From NCBI GenBank assembly GCA_963977015.1, contig CAXBMO010000027.1, positions 1 to 64,000 of the forward strand: a stretch of DNA of 64,000 nucleotides. The letters are read 5' to 3'. Within the stretch, counting starts at the first letter, position 1; each line of letters begins with the position of its first letter. This DNA comes from an uncultured bacterium. GTDB lineage: Bacteria; Verrucomicrobiota; Verrucomicrobiia; Verrucomicrobiales; DEV007. Under the pieces are notes generated by a model. It was not told the origin of the DNA and did not search any database. It was given only the letters and a program-made list of their open reading frames with translations. The position numbers and the translations under genes were made by a program. Of the stretch, positions 61,387 to 64,000 are shown piece after piece.

Positions 61387-61928
61387 TCGGGGGAAGGGGC
61401 GAGTTTTTTGCGGATACAAAGACCGAGGGATTGGCGGGAGCGATGCAGCAATTGCGAAACGGCGTTGGCCTGAAGGCGCAGCTCGGTCGCAATCTGAGTC
61501 ACGCTCACGCCGTGCAAATAGCGTTTGATCACGACGTTGCGTTGACGTTCCGGGAGCTGCTTGAGGCAGGCTTGAAGGGCTTGCGATCGCTGTTCGTAGG
61601 CTTCGTCGATTTCCCCCGCTTCCGCCGCGACGGTCTCTAGCAATTCGTCATTGAAAAGGAGCCTCTTCGAATCGCGTGCCAGCTTTTTGCGATGAGCCAG
61701 CACCTGAAGCCGGGCAATCTTGAACGCCCAGGCCCGGAAATTCGTGCCAAGGGTGAACGTTTCGCTCTTTCGCCACAGCACGAGATTCACCTCCTGCAGG
61801 ATGTCGCGGGCGACATGAGGATCCGCAATCAAAGACAGGACGAATCCGTAGATCGGTCCTTGATGTCCTTCGACCAAGGTTAGGAACTCGTCGTTGTCTG
61901 GACTCACGCGTGATTGGGAGAGACTCAT
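61383..61928 (-). CDS. ECF RNA polymerase sigma-70 factor (PVC-type)
   Basis: Region 2 ARDILQEVNLVLW..FTLGTNFRAWAFKIAR; region 4 LQACLKQLPERQR..LHRSRQSL. Confidence 0.94.
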   Translation of the reverse strand: MSLSQSRVSPDNDEFLTLVEGHQGPIYGFVLSLIADPHVARDILQEVNLVLWRKSETFTLGTNFRAWAFKIARLQVLAHRKKLARDSKRLLFNDELLETVAAEAGEIDEAYEQRSQALQACLKQLPERQRNVVIKRYLHGVSVTQIATELRLQANAVSQLLHRSRQSLGLCIRKKLAPSPE

Positions 61929-62094
61929 CGTTTACAGGGCTGAAATAGTCCTTTGGGCCGAATCTTACGCAGAAATCGCTCAGGAAGGGTGAGGTTGACG
62001 AAAATCGGGAATTAGAGCAAGTTCAATCCCAGAGTCGATCTTCACACAGGTCATCCATGATAACCTGAGCCCCGGCGCTGACGTAACTCTCACG

Positions 62095-63480
62095 ATGACG
62101 CCTCCGCAACTTTACGGCCAACTTGTTGAACTTCTCGATGATCGAAAGGTCTCCGTCGATTCGTCGGTTCTCGAAGAGCATTCCACCGACCGGTGGCACG
62201 CAAGCGCTTCGCCTGACGTTGTCGTGTTTGCGGAAAGCACCCAGGACGTTTCGCGTGTTCTGCGCTTTGCCAACGAGCACCGGATTCCGGTGACGCCGCG
62301 GGGGGCCGGAGTCGGCTACGTTGGGGGATGTGTGCCGCTCAATGCCGGAATCGCGCTTTCCGTTGCGCGCATGAATAGAATTCTGGAAATCAGCCCGCAG
62401 GACGGAGTCGCCGTGGTTGAGCCCGGCGTCATCACGGGCCATTTGCAGCGGCAGGTTCGTGAAATGGGATGGTACTACCCACCCGATCCGGCGAGTCTCA
62501 ACGAATGCAGCCTGGGCGGAAACATTGCGACCAATGCCGGTGGGCCGAAGTGTCTCAAATATGGGGTTACCAGAAATTATGTGCTCGGGTTGGAAGTCGT
62601 TCTGGCCAGTGGAGAAATTCTAAACGCCGGAGGGCGCGTGCATAAAAACAAGACCGGGTTCGATCTGGTCGGCCTGTTTGTCGGTTCCGAGGGGCTGCTC
62701 GGCGTCGTCACCAAGGCAACGCTGCGAATCATTCCCCATCCGCCTGCCCGCGCCACCTTTTCCGTGGGATTCGATCGTTTTGATCAGGCCGCCCAGGCCG
62801 TGCAAGCCGTGCTCGACGCGGGATTTCTGCCATGCACGCTGGAGATCACCGATGCGTTCACGCTCCAGGCGGCGCGCGACAATCCGGACGTCACCGCAGA
62901 CGTCCCCAATGGCGATGCGCACTTGTTGTTGGAAATCGATGGGCAACCCGGTGCCGTGGAAGCCGACAAAGCGGTGCTGACGAAGCTTCTGCAAGCCCTG
63001 GGGCCCACTAGCATTGATGTCGCGGTCCGTGAGGAGGACTGCGAGCAACTCTGGGAAATCCGCCGTGCCTTTTCCTACAGTCTTCGCGCGACGGGGTTGA
63101 CGAAGATGAACCAGGACATCGTGGTTCCGCGGGGCCGAATCGTTGAGCTCGCTCAGTTTTCGCGCCAATTGCAGGAGGAAACGGGATATCAGGTCGCCAG
63201 TTTCGGCCATGCCGGAGATGGAAATATCCACGTCAATCTCATGGTCGATCCGGACGAGGTGAAGCGTCATCCGGATCGCGTCAACGCGGCTTTGAACCGG
63301 CTCTTCGGCCAGGTGCTGGCTTGGAATGGTGCCATTACCGGCGAGCATGGTTTGGGGATCGCCCGCAAACCCTGGGTCGCGGATGCGCTGGGACCCGTTT
63401 CGCGCCAGGTTCACGCGGATTTGAAGCGTGCGCTCGATCCGAACGGCATTCTCAATCCCGGAAAGTTCGTCGAGATTTAG
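62095..63480 (+). CDS. FAD-linked oxidoreductase, GlcD/D-2-hydroxyacid dehydrogenase type
   Basis: PRGAGVG, YPPDPAS, GGNIATNAGG, GSEGLLG, GHAGDGNIH, GEHGLG, LNPGK. Confidence 0.92.
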   Translation: MTPPQLYGQLVELLDDRKVSVDSSVLEEHSTDRWHASASPDVVVFAESTQDVSRVLRFANEHRIPVTPRGAGVGYVGGCVPLNAGIALSVARMNRILEISPQDGVAVVEPGVITGHLQRQVREMGWYYPPDPASLNECSLGGNIATNAGGPKCLKYGVTRNYVLGLEVVLASGEILNAGGRVHKNKTGFDLVGLFVGSEGLLGVVTKATLRIIPHPPARATFSVGFDRFDQAAQAVQAVLDAGFLPCTLEITDAFTLQAARDNPDVTADVPNGDAHLLLEIDGQPGAVEADKAVLTKLLQALGPTSIDVAVREEDCEQLWEIRRAFSYSLRATGLTKMNQDIVVPRGRIVELAQFSRQLQEETGYQVASFGHAGDGNIHVNLMVDPDEVKRHPDRVNAALNRLFGQVLAWNGAITGEHGLGIARKPWVADALGPVSRQVHADLKRALDPNGILNPGKFVEI

Positions 63481-63546
63481 GATTCGCATCCTGACTCGGT
63501 CACGTATTCCCGGTTGCAGAATCGTCCCGATCCGAGATCATCCCCC

Positions 63547-64000
63547 ATGGACGAAGGTTCACCATTGTGGGTCGGTCAGTTGGCGTTCGTCATCCTGGTC
63601 GCTCCCGTGTTGGCCGCGATTGCGTGCCTCATCCTCAGTTGGCGCTATCAAAAGGTCACATTGAAGGGCATGCGGATGATTGGCGGCGCCCGTCATCAAC
63701 CGCCAAAGCCGCCGGTTCGCTCCCAAATGCCACACGGGACCCTGCATGTGCGTTTTCATGATGAGAAGACCCTTGCGCCGATTTCGAAGGAGGCGGAGGC
63801 GGCGTATCAGCGAATGGATCGCACCCTCTCCGGCAGCGTCATCGTTTACCTGATGGCCGGGATCACCTACGCCTTCATTCTCGCGATCGTCACCCTTCAC
63901 GTCTCTGAAGCCGGTTTTCTCGTGTGGCGTTTTCTCTTCCTCTTCATCGCCTACCTTTGGCCGGTCACGGTTGCCGTCAGCCTGGTTTCCGGGAGTCGAC
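63547..64000 (+). CDS. Hypothetical membrane protein (3' truncated by window edge)
   Basis: My translation from the ATG at 63547 (MDEGSPLWVGQLAFVILVAPVLAAIACLILSWRYQ...) is stop-free to the window end and has several hydrophobic segments. It is absent from the ORF track because it has no stop. Confidence 0.75.
   Translation, partial: MDEGSPLWVGQLAFVILVAPVLAAIACLILSWRYQKVTLKGMRMIGGARHQPPKPPVRSQMPHGTLHVRFHDEKTLAPISKEAEAAYQRMDRTLSGSVIVYLMAGITYAFILAIVTLHVSEAGFLVWRFLFLFIAYLWPVTVAVSLVSGSR

Noticed and set aside
59569-61473. 634 aa plus-strand ORF inside the cytochrome gene
   Set aside because: Antisense shadow of a clearly motif-bearing gene.

Overview
A gene-dense, moderately GC-rich bacterial chromosomal window of about 48 CDS. 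Its gene families point to the PVC superphylum, most likely Verrucomicrobiota: DUF1501 and planctomycete-cytochrome proteins, a PVC-type ECF sigma factor, a DUF4175-like giant protein with a prenyltransferase-repeat partner, and Zn-ribbon/FHA proteins. From 1 to 9.6 kb is a surface-glycan/sugar-nucleotide cluster. Housekeeping genes follow (rfbD, mscS, leuD, leuS, pyc, accD, comF, trkA, an NhaP-type antiporter, eda, moaA, dgkA, a glcD-like oxidoreductase), interspersed with poorly characterised envelope and signalling genes and several REP/REPIN-like palindromic elements. I recognised no rRNA, tRNA, CRISPR array, transposase or phage gene. The most notable candidate system is 56652-61928, where an ECF sigma factor is translationally coupled to a protein carrying an anti-sigma-like N-terminus and one TM helix fused to a two-CxxCH planctomycete cytochrome (PSCyt1/DUF1549/DUF1553), followed by a Tat-exported DUF1501 protein. 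Other candidates are an LplT-Aas fusion with an apparently dead acyl-ACP synthetase domain and a ~100 aa insert, a receptor Ser/Thr kinase with HEAT and CBM-like ectodomains, a Zn-ribbon/pseudo-FHA/DUF4034-like protein, and a flavinylated NosR-like protein coupled to a pseudopilin-like ORF. All family calls come from motif recognition by eye; no database searches were run.
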